Under the pieces are notes generated by a model. That model made no database searches, was not told the origin of the DNA, and saw nothing but the letters and a program-made list of their open reading frames with translations. A stretch of DNA of 41,946 bases, taken from positions 124,001-165,946 of the forward strand of contig MU058533.1 of NCBI GenBank assembly GCA_013265495.1. Reading direction: 5' to 3'. Positions within the stretch are counted from its first letter, which is position 1. Each line of letters begins with the position of its first letter. The DNA comes from Vicugna vicugna. Lineage: Eukaryota. Of the stretch, positions 1 through 10,363 are shown piece by piece. The position numbers and the translations under genes were made by a program.

Positions 1-170
1 CATTTACTGTTCCAGACCTGCCCTGATTTAGGCACTGAGGGACACAGCAGTGAATAAAACAGATTAAACTGCCTGCCCTATGGTGCTCATAATGTAGTGG
101 GTGTGACAGTAAACAAGTAAACAAGAAAAAGACACATAGAGATATCTAGAAGAGTAAAAAAACATCATGA
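1..170 (-). mobile_element. L2 LINE 3' fragment
   Basis: ggcactgagggacacagcagtgaataaaacaga...ctgccc resembles the reverse of the L2 3' end; bounds approximate. Confidence 0.55.
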
Positions 171-894
171 TGATTGGAGATCACGAAGATAGCACTGGCC
201 TCAGGACCCAGCACATTTTATGTGATCTGTTAACAAGTGGGAATTATCCCTCATTGATTCCTCTGGTGGTGAAATGATAGAACAGACAGGTAATTTGAGA
301 GGGTTGATTCAGCCCTTCTATTCCTGGAAGCTTATTTAATTCTCATCATTTGTATTCTCATTTTGCAAAAGCATCCCTTCAGCCAACCTCCAGGGTATCA
401 GGTATTGCTCACTCCTTAGGATCTGGTGAGAGCTCTCTAATAAGCAGACCTTCTCCTCCCCTGCTCAAACACCTCCCATGACTACCCAGTACCTCCAGGA
501 TAAAACTCCAGCTCCTCTGACACCCAAGGCCCTGCACTAATATCTTCCCTCCAGCCTCCAAGCCCTCCAAGCCCTTTCCACATTTCCCTTTATTTCCCTG
601 GGCCATGCCATGTGCCATCTCCCAGACTTTGCTCAAGTTACTCTTGCCTCCATATGCTCCACCTCTGTTTGTCAAAATCCAATCTGCTGTCCAAGACCCA
701 GTGTACACTTGCTCTCTCTGGAAAACCTTCCCTGACCCACTGCACCAACACCTCTCCTAACCCTGCCCTTTTTCTGTTCCTTACTCAAACTTTGAATACT
801 CTTCCCTTTAGACTAGTTTGTTATGTAAGGAACCAAGGCTGCTGTCCTTTTTTTTAACCTTTTGGACTTACCCACTGTCTTGGCTAAGAGAAGA

Positions 895-1080
895 ATGCTT
901 GTGTCTGAAGCCCGGCTCAACTACTCACAAGCTGTGTGACCTTGGGCAAGTCACTCAACCTCTGTGGGTTTTCAGTTTTCTTCTTGGGAAATAGGGGTTA
1001 TAATAACCCTTTGAATGACTTTTGGAGGATTAAATGAGAGAAGGCATATGGAGTGGTAAACAAAGTACAGGGCACATGGT
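895..1080 (+). mobile_element. MIR SINE
   Basis: gctgtgtgaccttgggcaagtcactcaacctctg...ggaggattaaatgag core. Confidence 0.75.
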
Positions 1081-1274
1081 TGGTGGGGCTGTGTCCTCTA
1101 CCCACTGCTGGTGAGGACAAGGCCCAGAGAGGGGTGCAGGCTCACCCAAACAATAGCCTGACATGGCTGCTGAGGGGTTGGGGGTAGGGGAGGAGGTGAG
1201 CCTTGGTGAGTGGAGAGGTTGTTCTGAGGAAGAGGAAAGGATTACCAGGTCCCAGCACCTCCTTCTCTACCCAG

Positions 1275-1405
1275 AGCCGGAGCCAGAGCCGGAGCCCCCT
1301 GCCCCACAGATCCCAGAGGCCCCCACACCCGACATGCCTGTCTGGAACATTGGGGCCTTTGCCCTACTTGATGGGAGGCTGGTGCTGCTTGGGGGTGAGG
1401 AGGAG
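1275..1405 (+). CDS. RASAL3: RASAL3 coding exon ([17 protein letters not shown]...LLGGEEE)
   Basis: ccag| acceptor, |gtaag donor. Confidence 0.9.
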
Positions 1406-4400
1406 GTAAGAGGGGGCACACGGGTAAGAGGAGGGAAGGAGAGGAAGGGAGAGGGAAAGACAGTGGGAAGGGGGATGAGAGGGAGGATACCAGAAAGGTG
1501 TCTGCCTCTCCCTGGGTCTGCCTGCCTGCCTCCCCTTTCTGACCACCCACTCCTGTGGGGAACAGGGTGCTCGCCGGCCCCGGATGGGGAGCGCTAGCTC
1601 TGAGGGCAGCATCCAGGTGGCCTTGGGGAACCTCAGGGATCCAGGTAAGCTTGAGAGGTGGGGAGGGCAGGGGCATTTGGGAACCTGTCAAGGTGAGGCA
1701 GAATCCAAGATGATCCCACCCTCCCCCTCAACTTTACACCCCTGATCACCCACAGATCGGATCTCTGGAAAAACTGAGTCAGAAGCTGCTGGCCCCAACC
1801 AGGTCCACAACATTCGGGTGAGGCATCCAGTGGGGGTGGTGGAGAGGAGAGCAAAGACTTCCAGACCCTAAGAGAGGAAGGGGGACTCTTCCTGGGTGAT
1901 CTTGGGCAGGTCACTGACCCTCTCTGGGCCACAGTGTCCCTATTTGTCAAATGGAGCCAATGAGAGAAGCTCTTTTGGGGGCTGTTTATGAGAAGTCCAC
2001 AGAGAATGTAGGAAAGCATATAACTGGCGTGTTAGAAATGGGAGCTGTTGATTACCTTTAATATTCCTGCTAACGTAGCCTGAGTTTGTGATCCCTCAAG
2101 ACGAGCAGATCTTCCAGGACACCCTGGGGGGAAAGGAGCTGAGGAGAGAGTGTGGGGGTCTGCTGAGCTGACATCTCCCTCCCCACAGGGGTTGCTCAAG
2201 CGGATGAAAGAGAAGAAAAAGGCCAGGTTGGAGCTGGGAGCCAGCGCTTCCCGGGATGGGTAAGGGTCTCTGAGATGCTGGGATTCAACAGTGTTCCCTT
2301 CCCCTCCTCCTGCCTATAATTCTGACCTTCACCAAATAGCCCCATATGGCCTTCTGTGTCCTGCCCCATGTTGGGCCGTGCTGGGGCCACTGAAAGACCC
2401 TTAGCATGGGGCCAGCCCTCCCTCTGTTGAAGGGTGGGGGCAGAGTCTGACACAATAACTCTAAAACAGCAGCCAAGTCAACATCCCAGTCTGGAAGTGT
2501 CAGGGAAGGGACCCTTGAGCTAGGATCTGAAGGATAGATGGAAGTTAACTAGGCCAAAGGGGCAGGAAAAGCATTTCAGGCAGTGGGAACAGCAAGTGCA
2601 AAAGTTAAGAGGACGGAGGAAATGACAAAAACAAGGCCAATGTGACTGGAATTAAGTGATGAATTAAGTGGAGGGAAATGAGATCAAAAGGTGAAAAGGG
2701 CTGTACTGTACTATGCAAGTTCATGCAGGCCACCATGAGAAGCTGGGTCCATCCTAAAGCGATGGATTCAAGTCCAATTTAAATTCAACTCCATCCTGGC
2801 CTCCTTCCACCCTTCAGACTGTAGGGGGCCGGGGGAGGGGCAGGAATGACAGCTTGTTCACCTGCGCCCTCCCCAGACCCCCCAGTGCTCTGGGTTCTCG
2901 GGAATCGCTGGCCACACTCTCCGAGCTGGACCTGGGCGCCGAGCGGGACGTGCAGGTCTGGCCACTGCACTCCAGCCTCCTGGAGGAGCCTCACTGCTTC
3001 CAGGTAAGTGCAGGCAACGGGCCACCTCACCCGACCCTTTGTCTCTACCCTTGGCCTCAACCGCACCCTTGGATCCCTCTCCTCAACAGGTAACGTGGGT
3101 GGGCGGGAGCCGCTGCTTCTCCTGCCGCTCGGCTGCTGAGAGAGACCGGTGGATCGAGGACCTTCGTCGCCACTTCCAGCCTAATCAGGTCAGAAGCGCG
3201 GAAGGTCGGATACGGAGGCCCCTCCCACAGCCTGCGCCCCGCCCCTTCCACCCAACATAAATACCACCAGCGCCGAAACCCTGCCCTTCGCAACCACTCC
3301 GAGACTCTGCTTCCATCTATCATCAGCCCCTCTCCTTTCTTCTCAATCCGAGCCCTATTTGCACCCAAAGCTCCGCCTAGCAGGCAGTCGCCAAGTCCCC
3401 ACCCCGCGGCTACCCCTCCACACCCTGGGGCTCCGATCTCTCCGGGAGAGCCCAGAAAAGCTAGAGGGTTTCCGCATAGCCATTTTTGGACCCCCGTGGC
3501 CTCACTGTCTTCCCTCTGGGAGCACGGGCTCCGCGCTTCACCTCTGGTGCCCAATGTGGAGCACCGACGCCACGCTCCGGTCCCTGCTCCGGTCCGCAGG
3601 ACAACGTGGAGCGGGAAGAGACGTGGCTGAGCGTGTGGGTGCACGAAGTGAAGGGGCTTCCCCGGACTGCAGCAGGGGCTCCGGGAGTGCGCGCCGAGCT
3701 GTGGCTGGACGGCGCGCTGCTTGCGCGCACAGCGCCGCGGACTGGCCCTGGCCAGCTCTTCTGGGCCGAACGCTTCCACTTTGAGGCGCTGCCGCCCGCG
3801 CGTCGCCTGTCGTTGCGGCTACGCGGTGCGGGCCCAGGAGACGCGGTGCTGGGCCGCGTGGCCTTGGCGCTGGAAGAGGTGGGCGTCCCCCGCGCGCCCG
3901 CCGCGGGCCTGGAGCGCTGGTTCCCACTGCTCGGGGCGCCAGCGGGCGCGGCGCTGCGGGCACGGATCCGGGCGCGGCGCCTGCGCGTGCTGCCGTCCGA
4001 GCGCTACAAGGAGCTGGCGGAGTTCCTCACTTTCCACTACGCGCGCCTCTGCGGGGCGCTCGAGCTCACGCTGTCCGCGCAGGCCAAGGAGGAGCTGGCG
4101 GCTGCCATGGTGCGCGTGCTGCGGGCCACCGGCCGGGCTCAGGTGCGGCGCCGCGACGGCACGAACCCGGGTGACCAGGGGAGTTAGCGGGGACAGCACC
4201 CGAGCTGCATCTTCGAGGGGCGGGGCAGCTTGAGGGGGCTGGGCCTGAGCGTCAGCTGCGAGGGGCGGAGCCTGAACTGAGCCTCAGCGCTAAGAGGCCA
4301 AACTTTCTGCTTTGAGGGATGGAGGTTCCCGCCTGCTATGAGCTCCTGCAGCAAGGGCTGGGTCTGGGCAGCAGCAATGAGGATGGGGCCTGTGTCCCAG

Positions 4401-7400
4401 GTGTGAGGGATCCCCCAAGCAGGGATTCCCCAGGCCCAGTCTTCGCCCAACGCAATGTGACCCCACTCTGCGCAGGCACTGGTGACAGACCTGGGCACCG
4501 CGGAGCTGGCACGCAGCGGAGGCCGTGAGGCGCTGCTGTTCCGGGAAAACACATTGGCCACCAAGGCCATCGATGAATACATGAAGCTTGTAGCACAGGA
4601 TTACCTCCAAGAGACGCTAGGTGAGCAGGGTCGGGAGTCAGAGCCTCAGCTGGGCTGGCTAGGGCACCACAGAGGATATCTGAGAGTACCAGGGTAACCT
4701 GGATTCTGGTAGTGGGTGGTACCACGGGCGTGCTGAGATCTTGGAGGGAATTGAGGGTTCCCCAAGATATTAGGTGCCTCCAGACTAAGCTGGAGATAGA
4801 ATTGAAGGCTGAGTGTTGTGGGTTCTAGTGTTATAGCTGGGTCCGTCTCTGGCTGTGTTGGGCTGCAGGGCAGGTCGTGCGGCGTCTCTGTGCCTCCACT
4901 GAGGACTGTGAGGTGGACCCCAGCAAGTGCCCGGCTTCAGAGCTGCCCCAGCACCAGGCCAGACTGCGAAACAGCTGCAAGGAGGTCTTTGAGAACATCA
5001 TCCACTCCTACGAGTAAGAATCAGGGCCCCAGCACCTGAGCCTGCCCCTGCCTCTCAGCCACTGTGCTAACTCTGACTCCAAATTAAGGTTTGCATATAA
5101 AACACAGGATGCCCAGTTAAGTGTGATACCATATTTGGGACATACTTATACTTTAAAAAAAAGGCATTCTTTTTTTGAATCTAAAATTTAAGTTTAACTG
5201 TTTATCTTAAAGTTTTATTTACTAAATCTGGTTACCCTTTCCCAATGTCATGCTACCCAACCCCAAGTAACCTGGGACCCAATTCCTTGTCTTCTAAATT
5301 ACAGATGACCCCATATCCTAATTCCATGCCACCTGACCCCAATTAACATAGAACCTCAATCTTAAGACCTCAGACTCCAGTAATGCCATACGCTCATTCC
5401 CATGACTGCTGACCTTAAGTGACCCTGTACCCCCAATCCTATGTAACTGGGATGCCTGTGATTCCAGTTCCTTGACCTCTGACCCTAGGTTAACCTGTAT
5501 GCCTAATCCCATACTACCTAGGATATCAATCCATGGTTTCTGAACCTAGGTGACCCTGTAACCCCAGTCCTATTCTACTTCATATCATGTGCTCTATCTA
5601 GCACCTCGATTTTATATCCAGTTAGAGCTATGTCCCAAGCTCACGACCTCTGCCCTCATGCAAACCTGTACCCCCAAATCTAAGATTACTGACTCCAGAA
5701 GTCACCACAATAACTACTCCATAAACAAACGTTGACCCCAATTGGACCTATAACCCCAATGTCTTCAATCCTGGAACCCAGAACACAGGTGTCTCCTGAC
5801 CCATGACCCTAGGACTTTGATTATCCACGAACTTTATGCCCATATTCTCCCTCTCTGACCATTGCCTCTTCTGCCCTAGCTGGTTCCCAGCAGAGCTGGG
5901 CACTGTGTTTTCAGGCTGGCGAGAAGCATGCAAGGCACGTGGCTCTGAGGCACTGGGACCCCGACTAGTGTGTGCCTCTCTCTTCCTGCGGCTCCTGTGT
6001 CCCGCCATTCTGTCACCCAGCCTCTTTGGCCTGGCACCAGAACACCCGGCACCCGGCCCGGCCCGCACCCTCACATTGATCGCCAAGGTCATCCAGAACC
6101 TTGCAAACTGTGCTCCGTAGGTGCTGGGAGGCTGGGGAGGTGGGAATGCTGGGGCCATGGGGGTGACAAATGCCTGACCTGACCCACCCAGTTGGGCTCT
6201 AACCCAGGTTCGGTGAGAAGGAGGCCTACATGAGCTTCATGAATAGCTTCCTGGAGGATCATGGACTTGCCATGCAACGTTTCCTGGACCAAGTGGCCAT
6301 GGTGGATGTGGACACAGCACCCAGTGGTTACCAGGGCAGCAGTGACCTGGCCCTCCAGCTGGCAGTCCTGCATGCCCAGCTCTGTACCGTTTTTGCTGAA
6401 CTTGACCAGGTGTGGCCTGAGCCTAGAGCCCAGAACATGAGGCAGGGAGGCAAGAGAGCAGGGAGCCTCTTTGCCCTAGAGTACTTGCTCAGCATCTTTC
6501 CTGCATGCTTCACCAGGCAACCCGTGACAGCCTGGAACCACTGCCCACCATCCTGCGTGCCATTGAGGAGGGCCGACCTGTACCTGTGTCTGTGCCAATG
6601 CGTCTCCCACCACCCCCAGCCCAGGTCCACTCCAGGTAACCTGCTTGCCTCAAGTCTGGTCCAATTCTGATGGTTGGGAGGGAGCAGGGGAAGGGCCAAA
6701 GGCACAGGGTCAGACTGGGGTCAGAGGTGAAGGCAGGATCACATCAGAGGTCAGAGACAACATCATGTTGGTGTCAGTGTCAGAAACAAGTGTTGAATGG
6801 AGTGTGGCCAGAGGGCAGGTACAAGGTCATATTGGAATCCAAGGCGAGGATTATGCATGACAGAAGTCAGGAAAAGGTCACATCTGGGGCCAGAGAGAGA
6901 AAGTGACATTGGTCAGTGATGAGGGGCAGATTTCAGTGAGAGGTTGTGGATAGGATCAAATCAGAGGTCAGGTCAGGATCAGTTATTAAGATGCATCCTC
7001 AAGGGTCAGGGACAGGTTCATACTGTAAGAAGATTGAGCCCAGGGTCAGATGGAGTCCAGGGTTATGGGCAGAGTCATATTTGGGGTCAGAAGTCAGGGA
7101 CTATGATCTTTCAGGAGGCCGAGACAGGCTCAGTTTAAGGTCAGAGATTGGGGACAAGAGGGAGTCAGATTGGGAAGGAAGAGGGTACCACTGTGAGCAG
7201 AGGTCAAGCTCAAGCAGATTGGAAGCAGAGGTTACAGAGAGGACCAAGTCAAGGGGCACACTGTGTCAGATTTCAAGGACAAAACTAGAGAGGAAGCAAA
7301 GCTTAGATTGCTGTTATGTCAAAGGTCATAGAGAGGACAGTATTGTCAGAAGCCCAGGATCAGAGGTCAAAATGTGATCCTATCAGCAGAGGACAGTATT

Positions 7401-9197
7401 GTCAGAAGCCCAGGATCAGAGGTCAAAATGTGATCCTATCAGCGACAGGGTCACAGAAGTAACAGATCAGAGGTGAGGTTATTTCTGGAATTAGGTAGAG
7501 ATGGGGTCAGCTCAGGAGCCAGTGGAAGGTCTGAGCTCCACCGTTCCACCCCCAGCTTCTCTGCAGGGGAGAAGCCTGGCTTCCTGGCCCCCCGGGACCT
7601 CCCCAAGCATACTCCTCTTATCTCCAAGAGCCAGTCCCTGCGCAGCGTTCACGGCGCAGGTAGTTGGGTCCGGCAGCGGCCAGACGAGGAGCGGCCCCAG
7701 CGGCTGCCCCGGCCGGTGCAGCGCACGCAGAGCGTTCCGGCTGGCCGCCCCGCTCGCCGCCGCCCGTCTGCTGGGCCTCGGCCGCGACCCAAAGGCTCCC
7801 TACGCACGGTTCCCGCGCCCCGCGGCCGGCCCTGGACTGGGACCTCGGCCTCGCTGCCTCGGAAGTCATCAGTGCCCTGGCAGCGCCATCTGGATCAGCC
7901 GAGGGACAGAGACCAGTCGCTAGGCACCCACCGACCCGTGGGCAAGGTGAGCTACAGCCCAGGTCCGCGCACAGAATGGGGAGACAGGAACAGGAAAAAG
8001 ACTGAAAGATGGGCAGCTCTTGGTTCAAATACCTAGCTCGCTGGGCTGTGTTACCCCCCAGGCCTAGTCCAACCGTCTCTGGGCCTCCGTTTCCTCCTCT
8101 GTACAACGAGAGCGTTGTTCGCCAACAGTCAGGGCAGTTAGGAGGCAGAGCGCAAGGGACAGGGAGGTCAGGGTCTTTGGGGAGAAAGGATGGGACAGGT
8201 TACAGTTGCTCCCTCCACACAGCTGGCAGAGCTGCAGTGCGAGGTGGCCGCGCTGCGCGAGGATCAGAAGGCGCTGTCCAGCCTCGTGGAGTCACTTGGC
8301 ACCCACATTCGGGCCTTGAGTGAGCAGCAGGAGCAGCTTCGGAGTCAGCTTCAGGACCTGGATTCCAGGCTCCGTGAAGGGTGAACCCCGCCCTTTCCAT
8401 TAGCTCCGCCCTCAGATGAGCTCGCTATAAAGGGATTGGCTCAGGGCCCCGCCTCCTAGTTAGTCCTACCGAAACCACGCCTGGCACAATCACATCCCCT
8501 CTGCAAGGCCCGCCCCAACACACCTGTCTAAGGCCTGCCCCAAGCTCCACCCTCCCCAGGTCCCTGGGAGGTCCTCTCTTTCAGGCCCTTAATCAGCTCC
8601 TCCCAAACAGGTTGGGCCAAACCGCCTATTTCTCAGTCTGGGCGCGACCCCACCCAGGACTGGCCAAGCCCCGCCTCCAAGGGTTGGTTGGTCCTTTCAT
8701 TCCAGCCATTCCAAGCTCTAATTCAGTAACCTCTTCTTCATGCGTATCTAGGCCCAGGCCCCCCAAACTGGAAAACTCTTCCTCCACCCCAAACCCCGCC
8801 CCCAAGTGTCTGACTCTCCCACCCCGAGCTGGAGTGGAGTTTCTCAGCCTCTGACTCTTCCCCCTTGTTCCTGATCCCCACAGGACATTGAAGTTGGATC
8901 CAGAGCGGGACCCTTCAAGCACTGAGGACCACAGGCTGAAAAGTCTGGTGAGACCCCTGCCCGAGCCTAGTGGCAGATCTGGGCTGGGTGAGGAAACAAG
9001 AGTTGGGGTGGAACCCTCCCCTGACTCCGAGCCCACTGCTGCTGCCTCTCCAGGAGTGCCGCCTGGCTGAGATAGAGAGTACTCAGGCCCAGCTGAGGGA
9101 TACTGTCCAGAGCCGACAGCTTCTTCCCAGGACATCGGGTTCCCGGAGCCAGTCCCTGCCCCTCAAAGCACCCTGCATCAACGGAGACACCACTTGA
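1275..9197 (+). CDS. RASAL3: RAS protein activator-like 3 (PH-C2-RasGAP-coiled coil), 5'-partial, 16 coding exons in window (2717 nt spliced)
   Basis: Spliced join 1275-1405,1566-1644,1756-1817,2189-2259,2877-3003,3090-3188,3600-4142,4476-4620,4869-5013,5880-6116,6208-6409,6517-6635,7556-7946,8223-8380,8884-8947,9054-9197 has GT-AG introns and consistent phases; RasGAP motifs [11 protein letters not shown] and [13 protein letters not shown]-terminus [10 protein letters not shown] matches recalled RASAL3. Confidence 0.97.
1566..1644 (+). CDS. RASAL3: RASAL3 coding exon ([26 protein letters not shown])
   Basis: aacag| and |gtaagc, phase 0-1. Confidence 0.9.
1756..1817 (+). CDS. RASAL3: RASAL3 coding exon ([21 protein letters not shown])
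   Basis: cacag| and |gtgagg, phase 1-0. Confidence 0.9.
2189..2259 (+). CDS. RASAL3: RASAL3 coding exon ([24 protein letters not shown])
   Basis: cacag| and |gtaagg, phase 0-2. Confidence 0.9.
2877..3003 (+). CDS. RASAL3: RASAL3 coding exon, PH region ([17 protein letters not shown]...HCFQ)
   Basis: ccag| and |gtaagt, phase 2-0. Confidence 0.93.
3090..3188 (+). CDS. RASAL3: RASAL3 coding exon, PH C-terminal helix ([27 protein letters not shown])
   Basis: aacag| and |gtcag, phase 0-0. Confidence 0.93.
3480..4280. promoter_or_regulatory. Intragenic CpG island over the RASAL3 C2 exon
   Basis: Very high GC and CpG density relative to the CpG-depleted flanks. Confidence 0.75.
3600..4142 (+). 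CDS. RASAL3: RASAL3 coding exon, C2 domain and start of GAP region
   Basis: cgcag| and |gtgcg; 181 codons [10 protein letters not shown]...RATGRAQ. Confidence 0.95.
4476..4620 (+). CDS. RASAL3: RASAL3 coding exon, RasGAP arginine-finger motif FRENTLATK
   Basis: cgcag| and |gtgagc, phase 0-1. Confidence 0.95.
4869..5013 (+). CDS. RASAL3: RASAL3 coding exon ([20 protein letters not shown]...IIHSY)
   Basis: tgcag| and |gtaag, phase 1-2. Confidence 0.93.
5086..5238. mobile_element. MER53-like hAT MITE, internally deleted
   Basis: Terminal inverted-repeat remnants aggtttgca...tctggttaccct; internal acaggatgcccagttaa and gggacatacttatact match recalled MER53. Confidence 0.7.
5880..6116 (+). CDS. 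RASAL3: RASAL3 coding exon, RasGAP signature [12 protein letters not shown] and KVIQNLAN
   Basis: cctag| and |gtaggt, phase 2-2. Confidence 0.95.
6208..6409 (+). CDS. RASAL3: RASAL3 coding exon ([15 protein letters not shown]...AELDQ)
   Basis: cccag| and |gtgtgg, phase 2-0. Confidence 0.93.
6517..6635 (+). CDS. RASAL3: RASAL3 coding exon ([19 protein letters not shown]...QVHS)
   Basis: accag| and |gtaac, phase 0-2. Confidence 0.92.
7332..7443 (+). repeat. Exact 56-bp tandem duplication (2 copies)
   Basis: agaggacagtattgtcagaagcccaggatcagaggtcaaaatgtgatcctatcagc at 7332-7387 and 7388-7443. Confidence 0.97.
7556..7946 (+). CDS. RASAL3: RASAL3 coding exon ([28 protein letters not shown]...RPVGK)
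   Basis: cccag| and |gtgagc, phase 2-0. Confidence 0.93.
8223..8380 (+). CDS. RASAL3: RASAL3 coding exon, coiled coil ([14 protein letters not shown]...SRLRE)
   Basis: cacag| and |gtgaac, phase 0-2. Confidence 0.92.
8884..8947 (+). CDS. RASAL3: RASAL3 penultimate coding exon ([21 protein letters not shown])
   Basis: cacag| and |gtgaga, phase 2-0. Confidence 0.85.
9054..9197 (+). CDS. RASAL3: RASAL3 last coding exon (ECRLAEIE...CINGDTT*)
   Basis: tccag| acceptor; TGA at 9195-9197. Confidence 0.93.
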   Translation, partial: ECRLAEIESTQAQLRDTVQSRQLLPRTSGSRSQSLPLKAPCINGDTT

Positions 9198-9338
9198 AAC
9201 ACCCACTCCGCCCTACGTGCTCTGGGAGCAGAGAGAAAGCTGTCTTGGGGCCTGTCCAACCCCTGCCTCAGCCCTACGTGGCCTGCAGTAAGGAGTGGAG
9301 CTGTACGTTCCAACCAGTCTGGCACCATGAGGTTGCCC

Positions 9339-9344
9339 AGTAAA
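9339..9344 (+). terminator. Probable RASAL3 polyadenylation signal (variant AGTAAA)
   Basis: AGTAAA about 140 nt after the stop, followed by an A run and a T run; no AATAAA nearby. Confidence 0.55.
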
Positions 9345-10330
9345 ATCTTGATTTCAGTAAAAAAAAAAAAAAAAAAATCGATTTTTTTTTTTATCCCTAA
9401 GTGTTGCCAGTCAGAAAGCAACCCCCCTCTCCAACTCAGCTCTCCCAAACTCTCCTCTAATTGGAGGTCTCATGGAGGGAAGTGATGTAAGGAGATCCTC
9501 ACCAGTTAAGTGACCTTAAACCCTCGCTCTCTCAGAACTTCAATTTCCTTATTTGTAAAATGAATCTAAAGTTCCTTACACAATAGAAGACCCATAATTT
9601 AAAGTGTTCGATAAAAGGTATTTGTCACTGTTAGGGGCAGCACCTGCTTCTCAATGAAGCCTGGATCCCACCTCCACTAACTCCGAGATCCCAGATGAGA
9701 GCATCTTCCTAGGGCCCCAAATCCCACATCAGTTCCCTCATGGCAGCCAGGGCATAGGTCTGGGAGGCAGATGAAGAAGGAGTGGGTAGGTATGGAGATG
9801 GTTGAGCTCTGTGGGTGTTCATTGGGAAAATGAGTGGACATCTGAATCATGGGTGGGTGGATGAGTGAGGGGTTGGGTGGATAGGACAATAGGCAGGTAA
9901 ATAGGCTAGCATTTGCAAGATGTTTGTCCTGGTAGGTGAGTAGTTGAGTAGGTAGCTAGCTGGGATGGGCATGTCTGCCTAGAAAAGGCCTGGATCGTAA
10001 TAGAAAATAAATGTTTGAATTAATTGAGTAAGTGGTTATACAAACTGTATGCACATTTGTACTCAGGTCTCCTGAGTCTGTTGAGCTGAGCAGTGGGGAA
10101 ACAATAATGAACTAGACAGACAGAGACTCTTGTCCTCATGTAACTTACACTCTAGCGGAGGAGACAAACAAACATGCAATTGGTAGATGGGTGTCTGCAT
10201 GACTGGGTGAAAGGATATATGTAGAGATGGGTGGATGCTTGCTTGGTTGTATGGATAAGTAGGTATTTACTTGGATAGTGGATGGATAAGTAGGTAGATG
10301 GGAGGTGGACTGTTGGTTTGAGTGGATATT

Positions 10331-10363
10331 TGGATGGATGGATGGATGGATGGATGGATGGAT
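10331..10363 (+). repeat. (TGGA)8 microsatellite within a degenerate GGAT/GGGT-rich tract (about 9780-10500)
   Basis: Read directly from sequence. Confidence 0.95.

Noticed and set aside
3057..4233. Overlapping antisense and alternative-frame ORFs on the RASAL3 C2 exon
   Set aside because: Expected shadows of a very GC-rich coding exon
6946..7377. 143-aa intronic ORF rich in EVRS/GSEV
   Set aside because: Translation of the degenerate GGTCAGA repeat; non-ATG start and no splice-compatible role
7332..7443. CRISPR-like or array interpretation of the 56-bp repeats and GGTCA motifs
   Set aside because: Eukaryotic intron; copies are adjacent with no spacers, and there are no cas genes
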